From sequence record MT661596.1: DNA of 64,000 bases, one strand, 5' to 3'. The notes under the pieces were generated by a model, which was given only the letters and a program-made list of their open reading frames with translations, did no database searches and was not told the DNA's origin. Of the stretch, positions 6,616 to 17,127 are shown one piece after another (position 1 is the stretch's first letter; each line of letters starts with the position of its first letter). The translations under genes were made by a program, and so were the position numbers.

Positions 6616-6706
6616 GTTAGAGAGAGCCTCTTGTAAAGTAGTAATAACCTACATTATTCGGCAATCTATAAGGAGTAGTAACCTTAACATTAAGTAATGG
6701 AGCAAT

Positions 6707-8215
6707 ATGACTATGTTTAACGCAAACGTCTTTGTGGTTGATTTAGGCGAGCATATACAACACGTTCAGTCCGTAGCACCGTGGGTAAATGGAATACCTT
6801 TATCATATCATCAAGCTTATGCGATAGTTAAAGCAATACATGATGAAGTGTACTCGAACATCTTTACATGGAATCGATTACCTAACATAATCGACGAAAG
6901 TTTTGAGGCTATCTATCCGCCAGACTCATTGTACGAATATGTTCAGATGAGTGATGGTTCGTTAGAGAAAGTACAATCATCTTGGCTGGCGAACATCTAT
7001 TTAAATGTTGTTGACCCAATAATGCTTAAAATAGATGAAGAGGTCTCAAAGGGTGTTATCACCCGTAGATTCAATCGTTGGGAGTTTGCTTATATCGCAA
7101 ACGCAGTAACTTACAGGTTAACCTCAGACAAACCTGTTGTTAGCAATAAACCAAAGATGCTACCTCGTAGCGATTTTGATAATGCTAATCGAAACGTCAT
7201 GAATATAATCAATAGACAGGAGAAATTAGTAAAACGTGTTGAACATGATTATCGCTTAGGTAATGGCGAAGATATCAGGTTTCATAATTTTGTGGCTGAG
7301 CTGGTTAACACAACCCCACCAAACTCCGAAGTTAATATACAGTTAAATCACCACCATCAAGTAAACCCAGCCCCACTTATTAAATTTATCAAAGAATCGT
7401 TTAAAACCTATAACCCGACTATTGATGTAAAAGTGGTAACGGGTTTTGTATCTCTCTCGCCAGAAGAACTTGCTAGACAAGCTCTTAATAACGATTACAA
7501 ATCTCAGCGAGCTATAAGGGATTTCCAGTTAACAGGCAAAGAACAATGGTATAACCTAAATCTACCATCGACCATAGATGAAGAAGATAACCATATAGAA
7601 CAAGTAATTGTAAAACGTGAAAGACCCGATATGAACACACCTTCTTTAGGATGGGTGGTCACAGGACTTCGTAATTTAGCAAATACACTAGTCATTAAAA
7701 ATCAGTTTGGTTATGAAGAGCATTACATGCTGTTATCTTTAGCACCATACTTAGTATTAGAAAAAGGGGATGAGTCACCTATAAGGGAAGAAGAATTAAA
7801 TCTTTTCAATAAGACCATATCAGATATAGACCCAGATGCATTGTTCTGGTATAGACTTATTATGAAGGAAGTCGGATTACTGGTATATAAGTATGGTGAG
7901 GTCAATACAAGCCAAAACATGCTTGCTACACCACCACCCCAGTTATCTGTACAGGCAGTTAAATTTCTTATTAATGATGTCTTGCAAGAGATGGTCGAGA
8001 CAAAGGAGTTTAATAATGATTCTTTTATGCGTTGTGCGTATATAGACCCTAGGTTAGTAATGGCTATAGATGATGAACCAACACCACCAGATGAAATAGC
8101 GTCGATGTTTGGTTGCGTGAGAATTAAACCATCGCCTGATAAACCTCACACCTATATACAGTTAACCACCCCAAAAATGTATCTTCGGTTACAGAGAACA
8201 ATTATGAGTTTATAG
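6707..8215 (+). CDS. hypothetical protein
   Basis: 502 aa, GGAG RBS, first gene of the operon leading to DNA polymerase. Confidence 0.8.
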   Translation: MTMFNANVFVVDLGEHIQHVQSVAPWVNGIPLSYHQAYAIVKAIHDEVYSNIFTWNRLPNIIDESFEAIYPPDSLYEYVQMSDGSLEKVQSSWLANIYLNVVDPIMLKIDEEVSKGVITRRFNRWEFAYIANAVTYRLTSDKPVVSNKPKMLPRSDFDNANRNVMNIINRQEKLVKRVEHDYRLGNGEDIRFHNFVAELVNTTPPNSEVNIQLNHHHQVNPAPLIKFIKESFKTYNPTIDVKVVTGFVSLSPEELARQALNNDYKSQRAIRDFQLTGKEQWYNLNLPSTIDEEDNHIEQVIVKRERPDMNTPSLGWVVTGLRNLANTLVIKNQFGYEEHYMLLSLAPYLVLEKGDESPIREEELNLFNKTISDIDPDALFWYRLIMKEVGLLVYKYGEVNTSQNMLATPPPQLSVQAVKFLINDVLQEMVETKEFNNDSFMRCAYIDPRLVMAIDDEPTPPDEIASMFGCVRIKPSPDKPHTYIQLTTPKMYLRLQRTIMSL

Positions 8216-8224
8216 GAATATCCA

Positions 8225-8575
8225 ATGCCTTTAATCATAGACCAAAAACATGTACTATGGCGCTACCTGGATATGAATAAAGTTGCAGACCCAATGATAG
8301 TTTATGCTTTAAACGATTTAATAAGGCATACAGCGTATGAGGCCGTGGACATGGAGTCCACGGTTGATGATTTGGGCTCTACTTTGTATCTAACAAGCAA
8401 GGGTATGCCCGCTACCTCAATCACAAATATGGTAACTGAGTTAAAAGATACAGTGCGTAATTGTTATATGACAGCAACAACACCGGAAGAGCGTAACATC
8501 GGTATAAGAGAGGTTACCGTGGACGCTGAATTCCAAGTTCATATACGTACAGGATTAGACCCATATGCAGTGTGA
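8225..8575 (+). CDS. hypothetical protein
   Basis: 116 aa, AGGA RBS, coupled operon. Confidence 0.75.
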   Translation: MPLIIDQKHVLWRYLDMNKVADPMIVYALNDLIRHTAYEAVDMESTVDDLGSTLYLTSKGMPATSITNMVTELKDTVRNCYMTATTPEERNIGIREVTVDAEFQVHIRTGLDPYAV

Positions 8576-8927
8576 TAACCAATTAATCGTTGATTGCGGA
8601 CATATCAAGGATTTATTAATTTATAAATATGGTGTAGATAAAGAGTCTGCAAGTGCCTTTATGGTATCTGGGTATAGCTATGCAGTTGATAACCAGTACA
8701 TAGAGCCTATGCTTACAATTGATGCTGCAGAGACATTGGGTGTTACTACGATAAGTAAGTTAACATCTTTAGTCGGTAATATGGTTAAGGAGTTAATTGA
8801 CAAACCTATATCTGATGTTGCTAAAAAGCATCCTGACTATGTGGTCGGTATCGACTTTGAAGTGAATGGGGATGCTGTGTTATTAAACTTAAACTATTCT
8901 GAGTTAGAGGATGAATGTGATGAGTAA
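8565..8927 (+). CDS. hypothetical acidic protein
   Basis: 120 aa, overlaps neighbours. Confidence 0.75.
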   Translation: MQCDNQLIVDCGHIKDLLIYKYGVDKESASAFMVSGYSYAVDNQYIEPMLTIDAAETLGVTTISKLTSLVGNMVKELIDKPISDVAKKHPDYVVGIDFEVNGDAVLLNLNYSELEDECDE

Positions 8928-9360
8928 CCCAAACGGGCTACCACCACAGGTTGTGTATAACACCCGGTTAATTATGGACATCAATGACTTTCTCTGGACT
9001 AATCCAGGGGAGGTCATGTCCATGTTTAGCATGGACGATGTATTAGAATTATTTTATACTGTTATGCAACAATCTATTGGTGAAGCTTATTACCACACAG
9101 AGTATATTTACGAGTGGGTGGATTCTGTTCTTGGTTTCGGTGTTTACGATGAAGGTGATTCAGACCTGGCATTAACACTTGACTATATCCATACCGTCTA
9201 TCGTAATTTAGAAACGGCGTTTTATGATTTTATCAGAAACAATATAGTTTTGATAAACGCGACTTTTGGTCAAGTTCTAGCTAATGATTCTATTATGTTA
9301 ACTGTGAAACAATTGTACAAATCACAAAATATTGTAATGGAGTTTCAAAGTGGAGAATAA
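8911..9360 (+). CDS. hypothetical acidic protein
   Basis: 149 aa, overlaps neighbours. Confidence 0.75.
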   Translation: MNVMSNPNGLPPQVVYNTRLIMDINDFLWTNPGEVMSMFSMDDVLELFYTVMQQSIGEAYYHTEYIYEWVDSVLGFGVYDEGDSDLALTLDYIHTVYRNLETAFYDFIRNNIVLINATFGQVLANDSIMLTVKQLYKSQNIVMEFQSGE

Positions 9361-9763
9361 ACCCTATAACCCCTTACATGTTATTATAATGGAACTCGCC
9401 CCTTACTGGGATGATATTAATAATCTATATATGGCATCGGTTATGTCAGTCCTAGACACCTTGGATAATGTAATACATAACACTTGTGTGGCATACGCGT
9501 TAGATTCAATAGAGCCGGGAGATGGACTGACTTATATAGACGCTTATTTATACAACCCATTCGAATGCGATGTTAAAAGTTTTGAAGTTGAGGAAGCAGC
9601 AACTGATTTTATAGATTATATTTATCAAGGTCTTGTTGCTTTCAATAAGTTCATATTAGCAAATAACTATATCGGTGGTTTAGTAGACGTAAGTTATAAT
9701 CGCGTCGATAAATCAGTTAACTTTATATATGGTGGTGAATCAAATGCAAATCGTCACGGTTAA
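9350..9763 (+). CDS. hypothetical acidic protein
   Basis: 137 aa, GTG start, overlaps neighbours. Confidence 0.7.
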   Translation: MENKPYNPLHVIIMELAPYWDDINNLYMASVMSVLDTLDNVIHNTCVAYALDSIEPGDGLTYIDAYLYNPFECDVKSFEVEEAATDFIDYIYQGLVAFNKFILANNYIGGLVDVSYNRVDKSVNFIYGGESNANRHG

Positions 9764-10172
9764 CCTAGTTTTAGAAGTATCCCCCGAAGAGATGAATAAA
9801 ATGCATGCGATTGCGCAGCGCAGGTTGTTAGAGATTGTTAACGTACCTTTACAACTCCTCATCTATATAGGGTATAATGAACTGACCATTGGTAAAACAA
9901 TATCCCCCGAACAAGTCGATGGGATAGATGTGCTGATACCTCGCATCTTTACAGAAGTACCCCCCATAAATCATGATGATATAAAGCAAGCCATTATTGA
10001 AATAACCGCTGTTACCTTTAAGAAGTTTCTAAACCTCATAGACACATCCATGCTAGATTTACCCGCTGTGCTGGAGACTGTCACTGTATCAGGTACTGCA
10101 ATAATGACGCAATTCAAAACATATAGGGAAGAACGTCAATGCAATTGGTCTTACTCGATTTCACCCCAATAA
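9729..10172 (+). CDS. hypothetical protein
   Basis: up to 147 aa, true start may be the internal MQIVT. Confidence 0.7.
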   Translation: MVVNQMQIVTVNLVLEVSPEEMNKMHAIAQRRLLEIVNVPLQLLIYIGYNELTIGKTISPEQVDGIDVLIPRIFTEVPPINHDDIKQAIIEITAVTFKKFLNLIDTSMLDLPAVLETVTVSGTAIMTQFKTYREERQCNWSYSISPQ

Positions 10173-10522
10173 AGGAACGTATAAATCACACATTAACACT
10201 TATGTCTGACTGTTCAGTGAGTAGGCAAACTATCGCAAAAGCAATGTTTCAAGAAAACCCACTGAGTATTTCTCCAGCTAATTCAATTTATTATATTACT
10301 AATTATTATAACCTAACAGAAGGCGACGCAATGAAAGTAAAACACGTTGCCTACACTATGCTTAATTATGTAAAATCTCAAATAGAGATACCAACTAATA
10401 TGAAGTTAGTGTGCCTAGGGTTTCAAAGAGATATAGGTGTATTTGTATGTGGTGATGCGTCAATTGATGAAATAGTCAGCAGTCACCAAGTATTATTAAA
10501 TCAATTAATGAATGGTTATTAA
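10139..10522 (+). CDS. hypothetical protein
   Basis: 127 aa, overlaps neighbour. Confidence 0.7.
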   Translation: MQLVLLDFTPIKERINHTLTLMSDCSVSRQTIAKAMFQENPLSISPANSIYYITNYYNLTEGDAMKVKHVAYTMLNYVKSQIEIPTNMKLVCLGFQRDIGVFVCGDASIDEIVSSHQVLLNQLMNGY

Positions 10523-10530
10523 GGTGCTCT

Positions 10531-10842
10531 ATGGTTATTATCGATGAATCGAAAACGATGGCTGCTGCGGTAGGTTTAATCAAAGACGCATTAATGGGCG
10601 ACGATAAACCATTCGCGACATTATCAGAAATTAATGAGTGTATGGTTGAACTTACACAACACTATATTGACTACAGTCCAATTGAGTTTATACCTGATGA
10701 ATTAAAGGATGCGTACAGACCATTTTATGTAGGCGCTTGTGAACTACTCTCCAGGTTCAGTATTCCGGTGACGTCACTGTCAACAATACTTTCGACCAGT
10801 GGGAGTGATGGGTTCTGTATGTTATTGATTGAGGATGAGTGA
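10531..10842 (+). CDS. hypothetical protein
   Basis: 103 aa, AAGGTG RBS. Confidence 0.75.
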   Translation: MVIIDESKTMAAAVGLIKDALMGDDKPFATLSEINECMVELTQHYIDYSPIEFIPDELKDAYRPFYVGACELLSRFSIPVTSLSTILSTSGSDGFCMLLIEDE

Positions 10843-11252
10843 TGAGCTACGCTGATTTAAAACCTAAAGAAACGGTAGATTTTGTTGTTGACGCTCCGCA
10901 GATAGTCGGGACCGGATTTGAAAACGTGTATATACTAGGTGAAATTGACTCTACAACAGCAATTGCACTTGGTGATGACGTGTATGCTAAGCATCGTAAT
11001 ATTTACCCGTTTATTAAAGATAAGCCTGGTGTGGCTGATAACCCTGATTCTTACATGTATATTAGGGTTAAGAAACTTAATGGCTCTGTTGTCATTCTTG
11101 GTAAGCCGTGGATACGCGAAGAAAGTATCAAGGTGGTCAAACGTAAAAACATCAGTGTTTATATTCCAGACGTAGGTGCTGAAGATGTTAATATTGTTAA
11201 AGCTGCTCTTGAGTCTAACGGTTATCCAAATGCCGTGGTCAAACTCGTGTAA
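10839..11252 (+). CDS. conserved phiKZ gp49-like protein
   Basis: 137 aa directly upstream of DNA polymerase; YIRVK...LGKPWI motif; synteny. Confidence 0.6.
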   Translation: MMSYADLKPKETVDFVVDAPQIVGTGFENVYILGEIDSTTAIALGDDVYAKHRNIYPFIKDKPGVADNPDSYMYIRVKKLNGSVVILGKPWIREESIKVVKRKNISVYIPDVGAEDVNIVKAALESNGYPNAVVKLV

Positions 11253-11375
11253 TGGTAAAACCCGCACCCATGTTGGTGCGGGTGTTATGTTCATTTTTTT
11301 TTTGTCGTTAATTCCTAACATAAGCAGTTAATCATTTAGACGAATATTAACTGAAACCATTATTGAGGATTTGTA

Positions 11376-13523
11376 ATGGACTTATTCATTAAAGATGCCT
11401 CTGAGTACAAGAGAGATTTAAGGATTTCACACCACTACGTGGAAGCAAACGCAACAGCTATTCGATTAGCAACTAATTGCTCAATGGAAGAAGCTAGAGA
11501 ATTTGTAAAGAAAACAACAGGTCCTGGAGGTAAACACGAGCTTAAAGACCCTAAGGTCAAGGTGTTAGTCCGTGGTAAAAACGGTGACCGTTCATTACAG
11601 TACACAACTTTTAACAAATTCTTAGGTGCTGTAGAAAAACGTAATGCAATCCTTAGCCCATCTTTAACTGCGTATCTACATCCAGATGAGAAGATATCTC
11701 AATACTCGGTAGCAACAGATGCCAACATAAAGGCACGTAAAGTAATAAAGAAAGAGATGTTTGCCGCAGAAGCTGTTCACGATAAAGAAACAGCTGCTAT
11801 GAAAGACATTCTCCAAACGGGTCGTAAGTTAACTAACAACGGTATGTCTGGTGGGTTCTGTACAGCATCCACACCGTTCTTCTGCCGTTCTGCACATAGT
11901 TCGTTAACTTCTTGTTGTCGTTCCGCTACATCGTCGACAAACGCTTTTAATGAGAAGTATCTGGCAGGAAACAGACACTATCATTCACCTGATATTGTTA
12001 TTGAGAATATATCAACAATCATTAATAACTCAGATTTTGTTGCTATTAAAGAAGCAATGGATTACCATAATCTGAAATACCCGACGGTAGAACAGACAAT
12101 GGCGTGTATCTATCGCTCGACTAGACGTTATTGGACTGACCGTAAACACATGCAATATATAAGTTGTATTGTTGGTAATATGTCTGATTTGGAACGTGCG
12201 GCATTTATGTTCACAAGTGACATGTATCACTTACGTGAAGTTAACCCAGAGTTTGTAAAACAATTTTTATTGGAATTGGCAGAAAGAACTCTGGAACCTT
12301 GTTTAGACGACGTTGTAATGTCTGATGGTGATAGTCGAGTGTTAGCAACAATGAAATGTGCCGACGAAATTGTTGTTGTTGGTCGTGAGTTAAAAGCTAA
12401 CCGTAAAGAGGGTGAAAAAGATGTCGACCCTGCATCGACAGAACAGGTAAAACAACTGTTGAAAGCAAACTACCTGTTGTCTCAAAAGAATGTAATGAAG
12501 TATAAGCCCTATATTCGTGCATTCCTTGTGACACCTAATACACCATCATCTATTGCAATGATGCCGTTCCACGTCCGTGAGACAGTGTTAGCGTCAGACA
12601 CGGATAGTTCTATCTTCACAGAGCAAGAGTGGATAGACTGGCTAGAACCTAATTATGAGAACCGTCAGCAACGTATCCAGATTAACGCAGCTGTGACGTT
12701 CTTGGTATCACAACAAGTTGTTCATTTACTCGCCATTATATCAGGTAACATCGGTGTCCCAGATGAGCATCTGTTTAGACTGACAATGAAGAACGAGTAT
12801 TTCTTTGAATCGTTTGTCTTGACTAATATGGGTAAACACTATTTTGCAACAATGGCCGCTCGTGAAGGTAACTTCTATGACGAACCTAAGCTTGAACTCA
12901 AAGGTGTTCATTTAAGGAACTCTAACGTACCAAAAGAAATAAGAACCCGAGGTAATAAAATCATCAATCAGATTCTTGATAAATCAAATAGCAATCAGCA
13001 ATTTTCAGTAACTGAGCTATTGAATCAGGTTGGTGAAATAGAGCGTTATATTTACAACTCTATCCGTTCTGGTGAAACTGTGTTCTTAGCAAAAACAACT
13101 GTTAAGGATAAAGAGTCATATACAAAACCATTAAGTAATAACTACTATTATTATTTGATGTGGCAAGAAGTTTTTGCACAGAAGTATGGTGACGCGCCTC
13201 CATTACAGTACATTGGTCTTAAAGCGAAGTGTGGACTTACGTCCAAGTCAGCTATTAATGATTGGTTGGATGAGTTAGAAGACCAGGCATTAGCAGACCG
13301 CATGCGTAAATTCCTCACTAAGTACAATAAAGACAAAATAACACAAATTGTAATGCCAGCCGATATCGTAATGAACACCGGTGTTCCTTCAGAAATTATT
13401 GAAGCTATCAATATCCGTGGTTTAATTATGGAAAACATCGGTATGGTGTATAGTTGTTTAGAATCATTAGGTTTGTATTTTGTTAACCCTAATAGCACAC
13501 GTCTAGTATCTGACGAACATTAA
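11376..13523 (+). CDS. family-B DNA polymerase, catalytic subunit (phiKZ gp50-like)
   Basis: KLTNNGMSG (motif B-like), SDTDS (motif C), MKNEY, LELKGVHL. Confidence 0.88.
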   Translation: MDLFIKDASEYKRDLRISHHYVEANATAIRLATNCSMEEAREFVKKTTGPGGKHELKDPKVKVLVRGKNGDRSLQYTTFNKFLGAVEKRNAILSPSLTAYLHPDEKISQYSVATDANIKARKVIKKEMFAAEAVHDKETAAMKDILQTGRKLTNNGMSGGFCTASTPFFCRSAHSSLTSCCRSATSSTNAFNEKYLAGNRHYHSPDIVIENISTIINNSDFVAIKEAMDYHNLKYPTVEQTMACIYRSTRRYWTDRKHMQYISCIVGNMSDLERAAFMFTSDMYHLREVNPEFVKQFLLELAERTLEPCLDDVVMSDGDSRVLATMKCADEIVVVGRELKANRKEGEKDVDPASTEQVKQLLKANYLLSQKNVMKYKPYIRAFLVTPNTPSSIAMMPFHVRETVLASDTDSSIFTEQEWIDWLEPNYENRQQRIQINAAVTFLVSQQVVHLLAIISGNIGVPDEHLFRLTMKNEYFFESFVLTNMGKHYFATMAAREGNFYDEPKLELKGVHLRNSNVPKEIRTRGNKIINQILDKSNSNQQFSVTELLNQVGEIERYIYNSIRSGETVFLAKTTVKDKESYTKPLSNNYYYYLMWQEVFAQKYGDAPPLQYIGLKAKCGLTSKSAINDWLDELEDQALADRMRKFLTKYNKDKITQIVMPADIVMNTGVPSEIIEAINIRGLIMENIGMVYSCLESLGLYFVNPNSTRLVSDEH

Positions 13524-13527
13524 CAAA

Positions 13528-13564
13528 CGGCATAAGGTAGATACCATTAATCTGGTATCTACCT
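13528..13564 (-). terminator. hairpin + TTATGCCG element (minus strand)
   Basis: CGGCATAA then AGGTAGATACCA/TGGTATCTACCT. Confidence 0.65.
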
Positions 13565-13572
13565 GAGCCATA

Positions 13573-14703
13573 CTAGAGGAGTAATCGTTTTATATTGGAG
13601 TATTCCGCCTTTATAAACAACTTAGTTTGTTCTGGCGGGTTTACAAAACCAAACAGATTGTCCTGCTTAATGTTTTGCATAGAACGTTTAATTCTATTAA
13701 TTGCAATACCGTTCTTATTAGGTCCTTTAAATGAGTTGTTCAAATCAAGTAGGAAACTAATTATTTCCATGCGAGCAATAACTTTAACCCATCGCGATTG
13801 CCTGTGGTCTAGCTCACTAGGTAACGCAATTGTACTTCTACCATCTCTCCAAACAGTGGGTAGATGATTTAGTACATCTTCAAAATAACGAGGGGTTCTA
13901 CGAAGCTCTGGTATTAAATATGAGAAGACCAAATCCATTTGATGTACTTCTTGTTCGTCCAACCAAAACGGTGTTCTTACGTAAGGTGTGTTGCTTACGA
14001 CACCGTCGTTCTCATAGTAGTCTATTGCTCGGTTAATAATAGCGATATCATTATGTGATTTCAATAAGTTAACCATAGGGTACTGAACAACAAACCGACG
14101 AATAGTGTCCATTCCAATCTTAGGTTCAACATCACCCTCACATTCACGCTTAAACCACATAGTGAATTGTAACATAAGTAACCCTATATCTATAGAGAAT
14201 ACTGCTGTGCCAAAATCACCTAATCTACCAGCATCACCTAACTGTATATAAGTAGGTACGTTAAACGGGTGCATGTGTACTTTGACTGGTTCTAAATCTT
14301 CCCAGTTAAAGTAATGGTCTTCAGACCAAGGTGTTTTACGTAAATAGATAAACTCATCAACACCTTTGCCATAAAACTGTCTAGAGAAGTTAGCACCTTT
14401 GTTGTTATCTGTGGTTAACCCAACCGCGTTACCAAATCGGTTTGAGTTCTCACTAATGGTGATGTAGTATTTTTCTACATCATCGATAGATAATTGTGAA
14501 AGGATAAACTCTGGCTTTAGCATCGGTGTGTTATTAAGTAGAGTAACCAGCACATGTTGTTTATAAATGGTGAGTGTTCTGTTTCTATAATACTCGACAG
14601 AACGTTGGTGATTAGCTTTAGCTATCTTTACCAATCGGTCAGAACGAGGAGTAAGGAACTTACCATACTGTATCTCTGTTGGTTCATTAAATAGAGTGTG
14701 CAT
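13573..14703 (-). CDS. conserved chimallivirus core hypothetical protein
   Basis: 376 aa on opposite strand between polymerase and chimallin, as in phiKZ-like genomes. Confidence 0.75.
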   Translation of the reverse strand: MHTLFNEPTEIQYGKFLTPRSDRLVKIAKANHQRSVEYYRNRTLTIYKQHVLVTLLNNTPMLKPEFILSQLSIDDVEKYYITISENSNRFGNAVGLTTDNNKGANFSRQFYGKGVDEFIYLRKTPWSEDHYFNWEDLEPVKVHMHPFNVPTYIQLGDAGRLGDFGTAVFSIDIGLLMLQFTMWFKRECEGDVEPKIGMDTIRRFVVQYPMVNLLKSHNDIAIINRAIDYYENDGVVSNTPYVRTPFWLDEQEVHQMDLVFSYLIPELRRTPRYFEDVLNHLPTVWRDGRSTIALPSELDHRQSRWVKVIARMEIISFLLDLNNSFKGPNKNGIAINRIKRSMQNIKQDNLFGFVNPPEQTKLFIKAEYSNIKRLLL

Positions 14704-14841
14704 TATTTCCTCGATAGTGAGTGGTTTGTAAAATAATACTTACCACATTATTATATGTAGAGATAAATCTACTGACTCCTCTTAGCGAGGAGTCTTCCAG
14801 CAGACAGTGTGTCATTTTACAACAATCCAAAAATTTACATC

Positions 14842-14851
14842 CCTATATTAC
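14842..14851 (+). promoter_or_regulatory. early-type promoter motif of chimallin gene
   Basis: CCTATATTAC. Confidence 0.7.
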
Positions 14852-14913
14852 TAAGGTGTAATGCGAGAGTATTATACATTAGCTAATGTGAATTAATTAA
14901 AAGGAACCCAAAG

Positions 14914-17031
14914 ATGCAAACTCCAGAAAATAAAAATAAGGCGATGGCAGACGCAATGGCTTCAGCTTTTGAGCAAAAAGCAAAAGAACAACCGAGTCAG
15001 CAAGCAGCAGCACAACCAACTGCACAAGTGCATTCTCATGCACAGCCTGTAACACCACCGCCTGTATTTAATGCAGCATCTCGTAACCAACAATTTTCTC
15101 AAGCAACTACCGGAACAAATAACATGAACAACCAAAACCAGCAGCAAAACAAACAATCTTCTCGTCTGTTTGGTATGAACAACACACGTAAACGTGTATT
15201 CTCAAACCAAGACTTCAGCGAGAACTTCCGTCAGGCTGTTGATGCAATTTCTGAGCACATGGATGGTTACCGTGAAGAAGGGTTCAATAAGAACTTCTAC
15301 ATCCTTCCTTTACAGCAACCAAACCTGAGCTGTTCTTCTTTGCTTTACGTTGGAACGTACTCAGCTGATAACAAAACTCTGGCTTTCGCATTTACAATGA
15401 TGCTTGAGAATACTTCAGCCGCATTGCGCCCAGTAACTGGTCAGGATAACATCACTGGCGAACGTTTTGAAATCGCACGTATGCCTGGTTCACAGTTTGA
15501 CAACATCTACTTCGATGCAGTCGTTTCTGAAATCCGTGGTAAGTTAGGTGCAGGCGTTGAAGTTTACGATGCTGGTGCGACTGTAATCAAATCTGAAATG
15601 GATTGGACTAACAAAGCGGCAATCAACCAACTTCTGAACAACGCAGAAAACGCAACTATCGCAGCTGCTAACCGTAAATCTGGTTACGCTATTGAGCCAC
15701 CTTTGAACCTAAAAGAAGAAATCAATCCACAATACGACCGTATTACACTTGGTTTCAACTTTAATACACAACCGCTGTATTCTTTCGACGGTATGCCAGT
15801 GCGTAATGACGTTGAAGTTAAAATGTCTGTATCTGTTGATGGTGGTGGTCAGGTTCAAACAGCAGAACCATTCATTACGGTAAATGGTTACGTTGAACTG
15901 ATTGCAGCAACTCCACAACAAATTGCAATGCATCAGCAACAAATGTTTGGTAGTAACCCAATGATGTATCAAATGAATCCCCAGATGATGCAGCAAATGG
16001 GTTTAACTACACCACGTTACTACCCGCAGTTTACTATCACTAACTCTTCTACTGGTATTTCTGATGCAGAAGGCTTAGAGTTCCAACTGTTAGCATTCTA
16101 CGGTGCGTACATGGTGACAACTGGCGGTACATGGATGCATGCGTTTGCACCACGTATGGTTGATGACTTAGACATCGGCGATATCGGTGCAATTAACTAC
16201 GAACTTGGTATGGGTGTAGATGTGACCGATGCTAATGCACGTCCACAGAAAATCGATACCCATGATTCAAGCTTCACCACACAGTCTCTGATTCAGCTGT
16301 TAAATGCAGCATGTTTCCCAGAAATGTCTATTGCTAAAGATATCGAAGAAACCGGTCCGCGCACTTGGGTTGATTCCGCGATGTTACAAGCAGGTGGTAT
16401 TCCGGGTACAACTGTAGCACAACTGTCCGATGTAGGTAAAGCAGCGCACCAAGCAATCATTGATGCGGCTAATAACCTGACTGGTGGTGAATTCGGTAAG
16501 CTGTGGACCGACACCACTAAACTAATCATCGTTCGTGATGGTTCTCGTATCCCTGGTGGTTACTACGTTGGTAAGAACGGCACTAAACTTGACAGCCGTA
16601 ACGTTGACTTGTTAGCAGTTCTTAACTTTGTTGGTGATAGCGACCCACGTTTAGTGGAAGAGTGGAAGATGATTTGTTCTGCATCTTCTGGTATGAGTGT
16701 TGAGAAACGTACTTCTCTGCGTCAGCAATACCTGAAGCGTTTCATGGGTGAAAGCTACATCCAGAAATGCTACTACGAGCGTATCGTTGCAACCGGTGAC
16801 TTCATGGTCACTTTAGTAGCAGCATGTGCAGCAGCAGGTTTGGCACCAACTCCAGAGAATACAAACACTCAGTACAATGCAACCAGCTACGGTACACCGC
16901 TGGCATCAATGTACGGTGTTTCTACTCAGACTCAAAATCCACTGTTCGCAAATCAGCAAGCGTTTTCTAACCCAGCTCAACAGGGTTACCAAGCTGGTTT
17001 CCGCACACCGTTCGGTTTCTACCGTGGTTAA
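14914..17031 (+). CDS. chmA: chimallin, major phage nuclear shell protein
   Basis: 705 aa, immediately upstream of nvRNAP beta' gene (phiKZ gp54 position), own early promoter and terminator, low-complexity termini. Confidence 0.82.
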   Translation: MQTPENKNKAMADAMASAFEQKAKEQPSQQAAAQPTAQVHSHAQPVTPPPVFNAASRNQQFSQATTGTNNMNNQNQQQNKQSSRLFGMNNTRKRVFSNQDFSENFRQAVDAISEHMDGYREEGFNKNFYILPLQQPNLSCSSLLYVGTYSADNKTLAFAFTMMLENTSAALRPVTGQDNITGERFEIARMPGSQFDNIYFDAVVSEIRGKLGAGVEVYDAGATVIKSEMDWTNKAAINQLLNNAENATIAAANRKSGYAIEPPLNLKEEINPQYDRITLGFNFNTQPLYSFDGMPVRNDVEVKMSVSVDGGGQVQTAEPFITVNGYVELIAATPQQIAMHQQQMFGSNPMMYQMNPQMMQQMGLTTPRYYPQFTITNSSTGISDAEGLEFQLLAFYGAYMVTTGGTWMHAFAPRMVDDLDIGDIGAINYELGMGVDVTDANARPQKIDTHDSSFTTQSLIQLLNAACFPEMSIAKDIEETGPRTWVDSAMLQAGGIPGTTVAQLSDVGKAAHQAIIDAANNLTGGEFGKLWTDTTKLIIVRDGSRIPGGYYVGKNGTKLDSRNVDLLAVLNFVGDSDPRLVEEWKMICSASSGMSVEKRTSLRQQYLKRFMGESYIQKCYYERIVATGDFMVTLVAACAAAGLAPTPENTNTQYNATSYGTPLASMYGVSTQTQNPLFANQQAFSNPAQQGYQAGFRTPFGFYRG

Positions 17032-17055
17032 TCCAGTAGTATAATTGGTAGTATT

Positions 17056-17085
17056 GGTGGGAGGATTTCCTCCCACCTTTATGCC
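17056..17085 (+). terminator. hairpin + TTATGCC element
   Basis: GGTGGGAGG/CCTCCCACC then TTTATGCC. Confidence 0.65.
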
Positions 17086-17127
17086 ATTCGCAATCTTTAT
17101 TTTTTAGTCAGTGTAAAGGAATTAATA

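Noticed and set aside
8926-8943. Partial match to the GGTAGCCC hairpin (CCCAAACGGGCTACC)
   Set aside because: Inside coding sequence, lacks the left arm and the TTATGCC tail
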